64,000 nucleotides of DNA from NCBI RefSeq assembly GCF_009914755.1, contig NC_060931.1. The stretch is one strand, 5' to 3'. Below, piece after piece: positions 1 through 13,403 of this stretch. The position numbers and the translations under genes were made by a program. The notes under the pieces are model-generated. The model ran no database searches. It was given only the letters and a program-made list of their open reading frames with translations, and was not told where the DNA came from. Source of the DNA: the human T2T-CHM13v2.0 reference genome, Homo sapiens. The stretch's first letter is position 1, and the number at the start of each line of letters is the position of its first letter.

Positions 1-783
1 TTCTGGCTTGTAGGGTTTCTGCCGAGAGATCCGCTGTTAGTCTGATGGGCTTCCCTTTGAGGGTAACCCGACCTTTCTCTCTGGCTGCCCTTAACATTTT
101 TTCCTACATTTCAACTTTGGTGAATCTGACAATTATGTGTCTTGGAGTTGCTCTTCTGGAGGAGTATCTTTGTGGCGTTCTCTGTATTTCCTGAATCTGA
201 ACATTGGCCTGCCTTGCTAGATTGGGGAAATTCTCCTGGATAATATCCTGTAGAGTGTTTTCCAACTCGGTTCCATTCTCCCCATCACTTTCAGATACAC
301 CAATCAGACGTAGATTTGGTCTTTTCACATAGTCCCATATTTCTTGAAGGCTTTGCTCATTTCTTTTTATTCTTTTTTCTCTAAACTTCCTTCTCGCTTC
401 ATTTCATTCATTTCATCTTCCATTGCTGATACCCTTTCTTCCAGTTGATCGCATCAGCTCCTGAGGCTTCTGCATTCTTCACGTAGTTCTCGAGCCTTGG
501 TTTTCAGCTCCATCAGCTCCTTTAAGCACTTCTCTGTATTGGTTATTCTAGTTATACATTCTTCTTAATTTTTTTCAAAGTTTTCAACTTCTTTGCCTTT
601 GGTTTGAATGTCCTCCCGTAGCTCAGAGTAATTTGATCGTCTGAAGCCTTCTTCTCTCAGCTCGTCAAAGTCATTCTCCATCCAGCTTTGTTCCGTTGCT
701 GGTGAGGAGCTGCGTTCCTTTGGAGGAGGAGAGGCCCTCTGCTTTTTAGAGTTTCCAGTTTTTCTGTTCTGTTTTTTCCCCAT
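1..783 (-). pseudogene. Disrupted L1 ORF1p (RNA-binding/chaperone protein)
   Basis: MGKKQNRKTGNSK...EVENFEKN is followed by TAA at 565-567 where the consensus has Leu (TTA). There is an apparent 1-nt deletion near 388-392. The downstream ORF1 sequence KRPNLRLIGV... is still recognisable (104-328). Confidence 0.93.
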
Positions 784-1089
784 CTTTGTGGTTTTATCTA
801 CTTTTGGTCTTTGATGATGGTGATGTACAGATGGGTTTTTGGTGTGGATGTCCTTTCTGTTTGTTAGTTTTCCTTCTAACAGACAGGACCCTCAGCTGCA
901 GGTCTGTTGGAATACCCTGCCGTGTGAGGTGTCAGTGTGCCCCTGTTGGGGGGTGCCTCCCAGTTAGGCTGCTCGGGGGTCAGGGGTCAGGGACCCACTT
1001 GAGGAGGCAGTCTGCCTCTTCTCAGATCTCCAGCTGCGTACTGGGAGAACCACTGCTCTCTTCAAAGCTGTCAGACAGAGACATTTAAG

Positions 1090-1690
1090 TCTGCAGAGGT
1101 TACTGCTGTCTTTTTGTTTGTCTGTGCCCTGCCCCCAGAGGTGGAGCCTACAGAAGCAGGCAGGCCTCCTTGAGTTGTGTTGGGCTCCCCCCAGTTCGAG
1201 CTTCCTGGCTGCTTTGTTTACCTAAGCAAGCCTGGGCAATGGCGGGCGCCCCTCCCCCAGCCTCGCTGCCGCCTTGCAGTGTGATCTCAGACTGCTGTGC
1301 TAGCAATCAGCGAGACTCCGTGGGCGTAGGACCCTCCGAGCCAGGTGTGGGATATAGTCTCGTGGTGCGCCGTTTTTTAAGCGGGTCTGAAAAGCGCAAT
1401 ATTCGGGTGGGAGTGACCCGATTTTCCAGGTGCGTCCGTCACCCCTTTCTTTGACTCGGAAAGGGAACTCCCTGACCCCTTGCGCTTCCCAAGTGAGGCA
1501 ATGCCTCGCCCTGCTTCGGCTCGCGCACGGTGCGCACACCCACTGACCTGCGCCCACTGTCTGGCACTCCCTAGTGAGATGAACCAGGTACCTCAGATGG
1601 AAATGCAGAAATCACCCGTCTTCTGCGTCGCTCACGCTGGGAGCTGTAGACCGGAGCTGTTTCTATTTGGCCATCTTGGCTCCTCCTCTC
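1090..1690. promoter_or_regulatory. L1 5'UTR bidirectional promoter: sense promoter firing toward lower coordinates, antisense promoter (ASP, ~1090-1290) firing along + toward the BBS9 exon
   Basis: CpG-dense segment. YY1 site GGCCATCTTG (1669-1678) and RUNX3-region TACCTCAGATGGAAATGCA (1589-1607) are intact. ASP position is inferred from the known L1 nt ~400-600. Confidence 0.75.
1239..1454 (+). CDS. ORF0: L1 ORF0 (71-aa primate-specific antisense ORF), intact
   Basis: ATG at 1239 in GCAATGG context; MAGAPPPASLPPCSVISDCCASNQRDSVGVGPSEPGVGYSLVVRRFLSGSEKRNIRVGVTRFSRCVRHPFL, stop ending at 1454; 216 nt = 71 aa + stop. Expression at this locus is not shown. Confidence 0.85.
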   Translation: MAGAPPPASLPPCSVISDCCASNQRDSVGVGPSEPGVGYSLVVRRFLSGSEKRNIRVGVTRFSRCVRHPFL

Positions 1691-4600
1691 GGGCTGTTTT
1701 ATTTTTCAAAGGTGAATTGCTCAACATTTTGAGCCCTCTTTGCATGACAAGGGGATTTCACTGATTACAGTCAAGCAAATAATATTTGGAAATAATCTGA
1801 ACCTAGATGTTTCCTGAAAAGGCCCTGTACTTTCCAAGATATTTAATTTAGAACTAAAGTACCAAGTTTTATTTGTTCTGGGGTTTACAATAACCCATTA
1901 TACGATTAGCTTTAGATATAATATTTAGATATAATCTAATAAGTATTTAGATATAATGTAATACAATTCCATACAATATGATACAAAGTAATAACCATAA
2001 TCTTCTGTGGATCAATTATAAATACCAAACACTTTTCATTTTGCATCCTTTACATCTATTGAAGAGGAAATTTTTTTCCCTTTAATACAGTTTGTTATTA
2101 AGATAAATGAATATGATATGAAGGTTGTTTCGCCTTCATATATGCAATGCAACATGGGCCATTTCTGAGAGTCTTCTCTTTTCACTTGAAATCTGGACTC
2201 CTGCCACAAAATCTTCATTTGTTCTTTTAACAGGTCTCGTGGTTTTTTGTTTGTTTGTTTTTGTTTTTTAACCTTTTCTCTCTCTCTTAGGTTTAACTGT
2301 GTACACATTTGGTAATAAATGTTACTGTGGCATTTTGTGGTTTTTCCCTATACCACTGTAGTTAAGGATGTGGTAGTGTTTCTATTATAAACATAGGTTT
2401 GTAGGAGTTTATAATTTGTTTGAAAAAAAGTTTAAGGATATTACTTGGAAATTTAGATTTCAATTACATACTTCTATTTTCTGATTTTAAAAAAAAGTAG
2501 GATTGAATATATTTTCTCATTTCATAGTCTCTTCCACTTAAGATTTCAGAGTGCCGTACCACTTATATAAGTTTGGCATAATGAATAGTGTTATTGCTGT
2601 TTTGTGGAGACCTCACGTGTACCCTAGAGAGATTAAATGAGTTATCTAAGCTCACACAGTGAAGGGGCAGATGAGGTGAGTGAGGTTAAGTCAGAACTCA
2701 GGAGCCTCGGGACAGCTATCATCAACTCAACTGTTTTGATTCACAGGTGGCATGGGAATACTTTCTTAGTTTATTTTGTGCTTTGGTTACTTTGGTCGAT
2801 ACCCTAGGAAATTAACTTTACAAGTGTGGTCAAACTTTCTGCTTCTTACTGTTTCTAATAAGCCACTTGGTTGATCTGGTATTTAGGCCTATTGACCAGT
2901 GGAGACTAGCAGGGTAGTAAAGCAAAGCAGTCAGAAATTCAGCTGTGGCTCTCTGGTCTCTGGATAGCAAGAAGCATAGCTCAGCTGAATTCAGTCAGGA
3001 GGAGCAGACTAGGCAAGGCCAGGTCCTTGAATTTAAAGAGCTGGCTCACAGAAAAAGGGCACACCAGCAATCACACTGGTACACAAAGGCATCTGGGACC
3101 AGCATGGACTGTAGGAGCCTCTGCACAGGCTGGTAAGATGTGGAAACAGGGGACTGGGCAGCCATGTTGGGGGATGCATACAGCAGGCAACTTGGCATTG
3201 GAGAAGTCAGGTAGCAGGCAGGGCCTCGGCCCCTGAGTCCGGTTCCTTGGAGGGATCTTGCAGAAGCTAGGCAGCTATCTATCAAGGAGTGACACTTTCA
3301 GCAGGCTCCTAAGGCAGGGGCTCTGGTAGAGGACTTGGGTAAAGCCAAGGTCTGGAAACAAAGGAAAACCCAGTTATCAATGCTAGACTAGACAAAGTAA
3401 ACCAAAAAATCCCCACAAACCCAATGGATAAGTTAATTTCCAATAACGACAAGGGCTGTGGAAAAGATAAAGTAGTGTAACATGCACATTTAACTAACGC
3501 CTTCTCCCTTCCCTTCCCTCCCCTCCTCTCCCATCCCCTTCCCTTCCCCAGTTGCCTCCCACTCCCCCACCGCTGTTGTTTTCTAAAAGCCATACACAGG
3601 TCAACCTGGAATTTACAGCAAATTGTGGATTTGAGGACTATAACAAAAATCATTTCTCACTGAAGAGCACATGCCCAATTCCCTTCCAGAAATTTTTAGT
3701 GCTATATTTCCCAAATTAAGATTTTCTTTTACTCTCACAATATAAGACAAAAATACTAGTATGATTGATATTTATCTTTAAAAGATAAAGGTTAGGTATG
3801 TGCATGTAGTATGTGTATGTATTTAGACATTAAAACTGAACATTAGCCTTACCAATTTAAGGGCTATGAATAAAGGTAATGAGCTCAAATACCAAAAAGG
3901 TGTTTAAAATAGCTTACCTTTAAGGTACTTCTCACACCTGAGATTCTAGATTCCACAGTTTTATTTCATATTTCCATAGGTAAGTATGCTACATGTTTGA
4001 TCAGTGAATTATCACATTGTATTTTTATTTAACAAAACTCTCAAAGGCTCTTTTTTTGTCTCAGAGATATTCCTTTTAGTTTTATATTTGAATTTATGTA
4101 GCAATTCAGTCCCTCCAAGTAATAACTCTGTATTTTAGTGGCAATCTTTCTAAAGTACTGGCATCATGCCTCATCTATATTAAAGAAATATACCATGCCA
4201 AATACCTAAACATGACATGGTTTTTGACTTGATCTGCAAGTTGGCATCAGGAAAAGAAATTCTGTAGTACTCTGTATTAACTAAATGTCATATCTACTTA
4301 AATTATCTAATATGTTACTGTAATCTATTTATGATACAGTAGTTTGCTTAAATGAATGACAGTATGAACTATTTTAATGCTGAAATGACTGCAGAGCATA
4401 CAAATGCCAAATTATATTCAAAGGATTTTTTTCTTCTTTACTCCAGAGGTCTTTGTCAATGGCTCCAATTGAAAACATGCCCTCTCCAGTGATGTCTGGG
4501 TTACTATTTTGTCTTCATTTATCTCTTCCCATTATTACTGAAATTCAAACTCAATTCTAGATATTAGTCTAGTTTAGATTTTGGTAGTAGTAAAGAGATG

Positions 4601-4829
4601 TCTTTGTAACAACCAGTGTTTATTATTCTTTAGTGATTTGGGGTAGGAAGCTGTTTTTATGGTCTTTTAGGTCTCTTGAATCTGTTGAAAGGATTTTCAA
4701 GATGACTTTAAAATCATTTACTTGTTTCCTAACTTGCCTAGTGACACCTACAGGTGGGTCAATAGAAATGGGCCAATAGAGTGAAAAGTCCCGATTAACC
4801 CATTATGGCAATCAGTGGGAAGTTCTCTA

Positions 4830-5790
<961 letters not shown>

Positions 5791-6268
5791 GGGAAAACCC
5801 CCACGAGACTAGACATAAAGATCTCCAAAGCTCTCCCAACTTTAAGGCCCTGGTTTTATATCTCACCATCTCTGTGCAGCAAACATATTTCTTGACCATC
5901 CTCTGTATACCAAGAACAGTGTGGGGATGTGGAGAACTCCAGTCACTCTCAGGGAATACCAGACATGCAAACAGCACCCACGTCACAGGGTGACAAGAGC
6001 TATGATGCATCTGGGTGTGTGAAGTCTCAGAGCCCCAAAGAGGGCCCACCCATCAACCCTTGGATGGCAATGCCTGAGCAAGTCATTAAATGGGAGTTGG
6101 CCAGCTAAAGAATAGAGGTTAGGGCATTGCAGCATGAGCGACGGCCATGTGCAGAGGCCTAAGGGAGAGACAGTGTGGGTGCAGGTGGATGGGAACAGAA
6201 TACAGTGGAGCAAGAGCTGGAGCAGAAAGTTCCTTAAATGCCAGTCTGACCATTTGAATTTAGGAGTT

Positions 6269-6622
6269 TGTATTAGTCTGTTCTCATGCAGCTATAAGGA
6301 AATACCTGAAACTGGGTAATTTATAAAGAAAAGAGGTTTAATTGACTCACAGTTCTGCATGGCTGGGGAGATGTCGGGAAACTTACAGTCATTGCAGAAG
6401 GAACCTCTTCACAGGGCAGCAGGAGAGAGAATGAGTGCCAGCAGGGGAGATGCCAGATGCTTATTAAACCATCAGATCTCATGAAAACTCACTATCACGA
6501 GAACAGCATGAGGGTAGCCACCTCCATGATTCAGTTACCTCCCACTGGGTCCCTCCCATGACACGTGGGGTTATGGGAACTACAAAATGAGATGTCGGTG
6601 GGGACACAGCCAAACCATATCA
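6269..6622 (-). mobile_element. THE1-family MaLR solo LTR
   Basis: TG...CA termini. Minus strand begins TGATATGGTTTGGCTGTGTCCCCACC. 354 bp with a 5-bp TSD GAGTT/TAGTT (1 mismatch). Confidence 0.9.
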
Positions 6623-7539
6623 TAGTTGAAGCTTGGGAGTAACCTTATCTGATTTGCATATTTGAATGGTGGCTCAAATGATAAGTTTGAGGATGGAATG
6701 ATGGGTTCCAGATGAACCTTCTCTCTGAGTCTCAGGGCTCTTACTTCTAATATAAGGGACTTGCACTGTTCCGCAGTATTCTATGATCATAAATTCATTT
6801 CTTGTCGTTCTTTATAATTGTATTGGATGGTCAGGCCCATGGTGCTCTAGGCCTTACCAGCCTTTGTGTACAGATGGAGTCACATTCACAGCAACACCCA
6901 GATTTCACTCATGCTTTGCTTCCTTGTTCTGCTTCTTAGGACCTCCAGATCCCCACAAAGATCTTACCCAGTTATTCCTGGGAGCCTCTGGGGATGCCTA
7001 AAGGGAGCTCCTAAACTGACCCCTCCTGCTCTTTACCTCATACTCCTTGTTGCCAGTGTTAGCTGAACCCACCTGAGGGTGGTGCCTCCCCATGCCAGTC
7101 CTGCTGGTGCCAGTGCTCTCCATGACAATGCTGAGGTCCCTGCCTTGTGCTGACGTTCCTGAATTGCAGCTGTCACTGCACTTTTCTAGGTTTTTCACTG
7201 CAGCGCAGCCACACTGTTCCCAACAAAAGTGGGGGCAATGGCCTACTTCCTGTGGGTCATTTACCGTCACCTGGACAGTGAGCAGTACTAGGCAGGCCCT
7301 GTGTCTCACACGATCCTTCTTGCAATAGCTCCTTTGTTTCTGCCTATAACCCCAAGGCTGTGGAACCAGTACCTGAGGGAGACACCAGGGTTTTCCCTCC
7401 ATTCCAGTTTCCCCCAGGGTATCCAAAGGTCCTCCTTCTCCTGGCCCGCTTTCCTTTAGCCGAAGATAAGAAAGATAAGGCAAAACAAACTATAATCCTA
7501 GCAGCTTTACCCACCAGATCATTAAACAGACGTGTGCCT

Positions 7540-7770
7540 GATACTCTTTTTGTTGTTACTCATTACTCTATGCCTGGCTCAGAGCTAAACCCTTCTCATA
7601 GATCTCCAACCCTTGGAGGGACAGACTGTTAACATCCTCATTTGTAGATGAGGATGAGGCTAAGAGGAATTAAGTAACTTGCTCAAGGTCAAACAGGTGA
7701 CAGAGCCAGAATTCCAAACCAGCCTAGTCTGGAATATTCCAGATACCACACTCTTCACAGGTTCCCAACA
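7540..7770. mobile_element. MIR SINE relic
   Basis: Core-like CCTCATTTGTAGATGAGGA...AAGTAACTTGCTCAAGGTCA. Confidence 0.7.
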
Positions 7771-7867
7771 CTTGAACATAAACACTCAATAATCTGTATA
7801 ATACATCAAGTGCCCACTTTTCTTATTGTCATCTTTGTATTAATTCAAAATTGGCTTTTGTATCCAG

Positions 7868-8090
7868 GGCTGGGAAGAAACGGTGGATGCCGCCATTTCC
7901 CACCTGTTGAAGACTTGCCTGTCGAAGAGTTCTAAGGAGCAGGCTTTGAACCTCAACAGCCAGCTGAACATACCCAAAGACACAAGCCAACTGAAGAAAC
8001 ATATCACCTTGCTCTGCGATAGATTATCCAAAGGTGGCCGTCTCTGCCTAAGTACCGATGCAGCAGCCCCACAGACCATGGTCATGCCAG
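7868..8090 (+). CDS. BBS9: Internal coding exon (223 bp, phase 0 to phase 1) of Bardet-Biedl syndrome 9 / PTHB1, near the C-terminus (probably exon 21)
   Basis: Acceptor TTTTGTATCCAG| at 7867 and donor CAG|GTAAGA at 8090/8091. Translates GWEETVDAAISHLLKTCLSKSSKEQALNLNSQLNIPKDTSQLKKHITLLCDRLSKGGRLCLSTDAAAPQTMVMP(G), recognised as BBS9 C-terminal region. Exon number is from memory. Confidence 0.93.
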
Positions 8091-10589
8091 GTAAGAGCTC
8101 TGTCCATGCTCCCTAATCACAATTGTACTTCTCCTAAATTAGAGGAATGTGCCTGTGGTTGTATTTGGGGTTTAAATTTCATATTAAAGTGATGATAGCC
8201 AAGAAAATTGATTTCACGTTTCCCCTCTGACATCCCAGGGTAACCCCTTGAATAAATATCCCTGAGATATTTGCTTGCTAGACATTTCCAGAATGGTATG
8301 TCTTTTTTCTTCTCTCTGCTTTTAAATATATGATCCATTTTGTTTTGCTTCTAACTAATAAAAAGTGGATTAGAAGATAAACTATTTTTAAGAAAAAGTT
8401 TTACTAAATGTGATCTCGCGATACAATATTTCGTAAATGTAAATAGCATGATACAAGCAACTAATGTAATCCAGATGAGTCCAGTCTCTTCTGCTGTTTG
8501 CTTGGATTGTGGTCATCAGAATAAGGGGGAAGAGACAAAGTGAAAGATGAGGATCAAGAGATGTGAGCAGGCTTCAGAGCCCAGGCACCCATGGGCCAGC
8601 AAGGAGAGAGATTCCACTTGCCCCTCCATGGGCAGTCAGTGATGGTCGTGGGCACCCAGGGCTGTCCTTCCCATGGTCATAGGGGCTGAGCAGTCAGTCG
8701 TGCAGCCCTCAGGTCTCTTAGGCGCAGCAGTTCCCAACTCCTGTTTCCCTCTTCCTAGCCTCTCTGTGGCAGCAGCAAGGAGCATTACATCAATGAATTA
8801 ATTGATGCAGCAGCTATAGCATCTCTTTCCTCCTACAGCAAGAACCACAGTGTGGGAAGTGGTGTGGTTTTCTCTTCTTCCTTCTTACATGCCTTTTCTT
8901 TACTTCCCCGCCCCCATTCCCTCTCTGGTAGTCTTGCTGTTGCTTCCTTTTCCCCCTCACTCAGCATTCCTAGAAGTGAAAAGGAATGCAAGTGAAATTG
9001 TAAAAGATAAACATGGAGACAGCATAGCATGATCTAATAGGCACAGACTGTGGAGACAGACAGAACAATGCTTGGATCCTGCCTCTTTTTATCCATTACT
9101 ACTTATATGACCCTGAGTATGTTACTTTCTTTTCTAGAGTCTTCATGTCTTCCTAAAAAAATGAATGTAATAACGCTTGCCCTGCCGCTGGGGCCCTATG
9201 AGTTTATCAAGCACCTAGCACAATGCTTGGAACAGAGACACTCAAAAAATTTAAGCTGTAATTATTATCGTTGTTATGGATATATGCATGATTCAGCCTT
9301 TAAATTTAGAGGTGGAAAAATAGCTGGTTTGGGGTTATGGATTCTATATTCTATGATTTGAATATCTTTACCTCAACTATACATAGGTAGAAGCCAACTT
9401 TATTCCAAATAATATTTTTTATTTGGCCTTTTATAATAGAAATGCTTTTCTATAGAGAAATAGTTCTGACATTGTTTGCCTTCATTTAGAACCTCTTTAT
9501 CTTGCCCTGTAACACCCTCTTAACTGTTCCACTTGTTCATCTTCTGTCCACTGTTACAGGATTGTTTTCCTAAGAGATATTTAGGCTTAATGAGATAGTA
9601 AATGAAAACTATTCATTATAATCAGTATCAGTTTATGACTCTCCCTCCCTGCTTGCCCACAGGAAAAACAAAGGAGACTTGAGGGAAAAGGGCAGATACA
9701 TTAATTTTACAAAAAAGAGAGAGAGAGAAAAAAAATTTGAAGAGGGATGGGATGGCCCATCTGATTGGCTGATTACCTGTGAGTTCAGGCTGCAGCAGCC
9801 CCAAATTCTCTTCTCAGGTCCCTGTCTGAGCTTTCCTGTTCAGGGATCCTCAAATCCCTGTCTTAGTCGTTTTTGTTTAAATAACTAGATTTGTAAGTAA
9901 CCTAAGGGCTGTGTCCGTATCTAGGATGTGGAACATTTTAAAACCTCTGTGCAAAGTTTTTAAATGTATGGAAGTAAAGGACAGAGAAAGAAGGAAAAGA
10001 AGGAAGGGAGAAAGAAATGAAAAGAAGAAAGATGGACAGTGTGTTTGTTCACAGTCCAGGGCGGGCCATCAGTCAGATTTATGCCTGGCCTGGCTGAGTT
10101 CGTTCTGTTGGAGAGATTCAGGCTGTGTGCATGGGCAATCAGGGTCACAGTCGCAATGCCTTGCCTTTACTTGCCGACAACCCGCTTGCCACTCTGTGGT
10201 TGAGTGGCTCTCCCTCCCACTTGTCTTGATCTAATCAGAATAGTGAGGTTTTAAAAAATTGTTAAATCAGCACTTGTTGTCATTAACATGCTTAATTATT
10301 GCCTATACTACTTTTCTTCCCTATAACTCAGATTTTTCCCATGCTTTATCTCTGTATTGGCATACTTTTGAGGTAGAAGAGACATGTAGAATTATTGCTG
10401 TCTTACAAATAGAAAATGGAGGCAGGAAAATTGAAATCTCTTGCCTTGGGGTTTCATGGTTACTGGAAGGGTTAGATCTAGAATCCAAATCTCCCAGCCC
10501 ACTGTGCTTCCCTCTAGACCACACAGACCACAGTGGTACAGATTTGTTTTTAACCAGAGCCTCCTCCTGTGTAAGCTATTCTTGATTCG

Positions 10590-10640
10590 GCCTTCCCCCC
10601 GCCCCCCGCCTTCCCCCCGCCCCCCGCCTCCCCCCACCCC
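10590..10640. repeat. C-rich tandem repeat, 18-bp unit GCCTTCCCCCCGCCCCCC x2 plus a partial third copy; G-quadruplex motif on the minus strand
   Basis: Directly read: five C6 runs and a C4 run. Confidence 0.9.
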
Positions 10641-13086
10641 ACTTAAATTGGTCTAGCAGTGTGAAAGGAAAAGGGCAGAAATAGTTTCACACAGTCTCTT
10701 TTCTTTTCTTTGCTATGAGAAATATATTAAAGATTTATCTTATATTTGTTTTGTGCTTAATTTTTATTATGTCCAAAGGTGACATGATAACATTATCATG
10801 AGTATTTCTTATTAAGAAATACTGTGAGGAGTTATTTCTGCTTCAAGCCTGTAATTGTGCAGTTTACAATGTTGGTTTAGCTCCAGTAGTTGTATCAGAA
10901 TATACAAAGTGGCATATTAGAAAGGACTGGATTACTGAATAAGCATAAAAGCTTTTTTTGCAGAGATGATCTTTTTTTAAGATTTAGTTGGGACCTTCAA
11001 AATCGTCTGGTTCACCTCCCTCACTTAACAGCTGAGGTAACGAAGGTCTAAGAAGGTGAAGTGAATAAGTGTTCAGTATTAAAAGGCAGGAGTGTGTGTA
11101 ATTTTGCCATGTTCCCTATTAAATTGCAGATGGATAAACATCTCAGAATAAAAAACCTTTGGTCTTTTCTAGCCTCATGACTTTATGAGCCCAGCACCTT
11201 GGCTGTGCCCTTTTTTTGCTCTAGCGAAGGCCATGGTGACAACATCCTCCCTGGCGTCCAGAGTTTGAAAATCTTTCCCAGTGGGAATTACCTTATGAAC
11301 TTCTTTGCCTTACATTTCTCTTGCTTGACTTTTACCAATTCTCTATCAGTTTTTCCCTTAACCTTTTCTGGTGAACTTTTTGTTGTTGTTGCAGAGCTAT
11401 CAAATTTATTTCTCTCATCTGTAGCTCTGGTGTTCACATCTTTCTGCTGGTGAATATAGCTTGTAAGGAATCTACTTTCGTTAAATATCTATTTTCCAGT
11501 CTCAGCTGTATGCATTCTACTCTTAGAGCAGAAGTCACAAAGGGCCACCTGATTAGTGTTTTTTAAAAATCTGAGTGTAAGTGATTTAGTGGTCTATCTG
11601 GCCTTTTCATGCATATATGTTCCCAACCTTCTCCCTGCAGCTGCCTAGGACTAAAAGACTTGCTGTATTTTGCAGGAGGCTTCCTTTTATAACCTCAGTA
11701 TCTAGGGCAATATTTCAATAGCCCTAATTATAGCAAAGATTTGAACCTCTCAAGCATATATGCAAAACTTAATGTATACATGAGTGGGCCTAACTCATGA
11801 TATTTGAAGACTTATCATTTTAACCTCATGAACACTGGAGCTTTTGTCACCTCTATGCTTTTCTTAAACTTAATTTCAACTAGGTGATGCTTTGCCTAAG
11901 AAATAATATAGATAAGTGACGGCCCATCAGATAGAAGCTTGGAGAGCAAATGCTGTAGGCACCACAGCAGGGCAGGCATAGAAAGCTGGGCAAGGAAAAG
12001 GGGTGTAAAGACAATCCAGGCTGATCAGGTGCCTCAAGTGAACATTCTCTTAATGTGGTCAAATGACTTCACATGTCATAATGGGCCGTAGCTTCAGCTG
12101 TATTTTCTTTCACACTGCCAGATTCCTGGGCTAAAAGGAAGCCAAGAGGAGGGAGTAAAAGGAAGCAAAGAAGATTTGATAAATAAGATTAGGTATCTTA
12201 TATAATCCATATATTTTCATAGATATGGATTGAAAAAGTTATCATTTTGAGATGTGGTAGGGACCACCCAGGAATTAGCATTTTGTGCATCTTTATTGTA
12301 TTAAGTGGATGGGAGAAAAGACAGTATGAATCTGAATACAGAGTATAAATGTGAATAAGATGTCTATTCTAGCCTTTTGAGAGAGGGATTTTAAATTCTT
12401 TTTAGTATTTAAAACTTGAGTCAATGACCTTTTGCCTTAAGGATTTGATATTATTTTGAAGCTACTTCCAATTGGCCCATTTCAACTGAATTTAATTTAA
12501 TTCTTCCAGGTCTCACTTAGATGCTCAATAAGACATTTGGTGTTTACTTTCATATTGTCAGTATGATTTAACTGTTGGTTTTACATTTTGAATTTTTATA
12601 AGTTTGAAGTCATTCTTTAAGGAGATTTAGATGACTTAAATATACAAAAATGGCTTCTGAGCCTGTTTTTCCTACAGAGAATACAATACTTTATCTTGAC
12701 ATTAAAAAAAAAAAAAGGGAGTGAGTTCCAAAATGGGAAAATGCTATTGTGAAGTGGACTTCTCATCAGAAGTATATGGGTTCCATAGCTAGGTTGGCCA
12801 GTTATATGATATGGAACAAGTTACTTAGTCTGTCTACTTCTTTGTTTTCTCAACTATAAGTAGGAAAAATAATGATACTTCACTATAGATTTGTTGGCCA
12901 AATTAAATATAGTAGTACATGGAAAATGCTTAGCAAGTACCTGACATATAGCAAATTCTCACTAAGTGTGAGCTTCTGTTACTAATAATAATGAATACTA
13001 TTGTAAAATCCCAAAGGAACTTGGGAGAACTTGACAAAAGGATTCTAGAGTTCAATTAGAAGAATAAAATTATAAGATTATACAGG

Positions 13087-13403
13087 TGTGAGTTTCCAGC
13101 CCAAGCTGAGGTCTGAGGGGAATTGATGGGGTAGTGGGTAGCTGAAAGAACACTTGAGAGACCACAAGTAGGTGGGACATGGCTTTATTCAGCAACTCAC
13201 TCACACTGTTGGTGCTGCATTTATGCACCTCCCAGACAATAGTGGCTCAGAGCCAGGTGATGAGCCCTCCCATCTTATGGCTACGTAGATATGATTATAT
13301 AATGCACAGGATTGTGCACCTGCACTCCAATCCTGCTGTGTCATGCTGTGCCGGGTGTGTACCTTGGGCTGTACTTGACTGCAGTGCAGCCATTGTCCTT
13401 ATA
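13087..13403 (-). mobile_element. ERVL solo LTR, LTR18-like
   Basis: Perfect 5-bp TSD ACAGG (13082-13086, 13404-13408). Minus strand begins TATAAGGACAATGGCTGCACTGCAGTC, contains AATAAAGCC and ends ...AAACTCACA. Resembles the LTR18 family as remembered. Confidence 0.75.

Larger units (their letters stand above)
1..1690 (-). mobile_element. 5' portion (5'UTR + part of ORF1) of a young LINE-1, L1PA2-like; continues beyond window start
   Basis: Minus strand begins GAGAGGAGGAGCCAAGATGGCC at 1690 (canonical L1 start with YY1 site). The 5'UTR is ~907 nt up to the ORF1 ATG at 783 (short form, as in L1HS/L1PA2/late PA3). It has GAAGACGGGTGA and CCCACGGAGTCTC variants typical of non-Ta young L1s. The A-rich flank (minus strand TTTGAAAAATAAAACAGCCC) is consistent with an endonuclease target. 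Confidence 0.95.

Noticed and set aside
1908-1960. Three copies of TTTAGATATAAT
   Set aside because: Short AT-rich slippage duplication with irregular short spacers; not CRISPR-like or evidently functional.
2036-2308. Minus-strand ORF with RFQ..W...KWP.L pattern faintly like a hAT/TTF zinc-finger relic
   Set aside because: Expected cysteines are absent and no TIRs were seen. It cannot be supported without a profile search.
6998-7483. 161-aa minus-strand ORF, the longest non-L1 ORF
   Set aside because: No recognisable homology or splice structure. Probably chance in a GC-richer, possibly old LTR-derived segment.
8788-8807. CATCAAT-GAATTA-ATTGATG inverted repeat
   Set aside because: A 7-bp stem is expected by chance in 64 kb.
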